DNA from: Somniosus microcephalus
Lineage: Eukaryota
DNA length: 64,000 nucleotides
Direction: 5' to 3'
Assembly: GCA_052327205.1 (NCBI GenBank)
Contig: CM126216.1
Span: forward strand, 70,370,001-70,434,000
The notes under the pieces: model-generated
What the model was told of the DNA's origin: nothing
The model's input: only the letters and a program-made list of their open reading frames with translations
Database searches by the model: none
Program-made: the position numbers and the translations under genes
Part shown: positions 63,961-64,000 of the stretch, in pieces
Layout of the letters: every line of letters begins with the position of its first letter
How positions within the stretch are numbered: the stretch's first letter is position 1

Positions 63961-64000
63961 GACAGCCCGTGCTGGGTTGGTCATCCATAAGCTGATGAGA

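Overview
Repeat-dense vertebrate DNA, most likely from a cartilaginous fish given the HE1/V-SINE, CR1, Penelope and Harbinger content. The only host coding sequence I can support is the large last exon of a USP6NL (RN-tre)-like gene on the minus strand (9601-11471). Everything to its right appears to be one intron of more than 52 kb filled with nested transposons. Two unusual systems stand out. (1) The non-repeat islands left between the transposons read, on the plus strand and in the correct order, as a heavily degraded alphavirus-supergroup (virga/tobamo-like) RNA-virus replicase: methyltransferase at 16.6-17.5 kb, SF1 helicase at 39.5-41.3 kb and RdRp at 43.4-61 kb. This points to an ancient endogenous +ssRNA viral element broken up across about 44 kb. 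(2) A young non-autonomous Gypsy LTR element (22570-26935) has its gag-protease ORF continuing in frame, once a 687-bp MITE is removed, into apparent captured STK10/SLK and optineurin coiled-coil fragments plus a C2H2 finger, in place of RT, RNase H and integrase. Also present: an intact Gypsy element with identical LTRs, a YLDN RT site and a PBS that is not tRNA-like and may self-prime; a 5S-derived SINE with a Rex/Babar tail; a solo LTR; and several Harbinger elements and MITEs. All protein similarities were judged by eye against sequences recalled from memory and need database confirmation.
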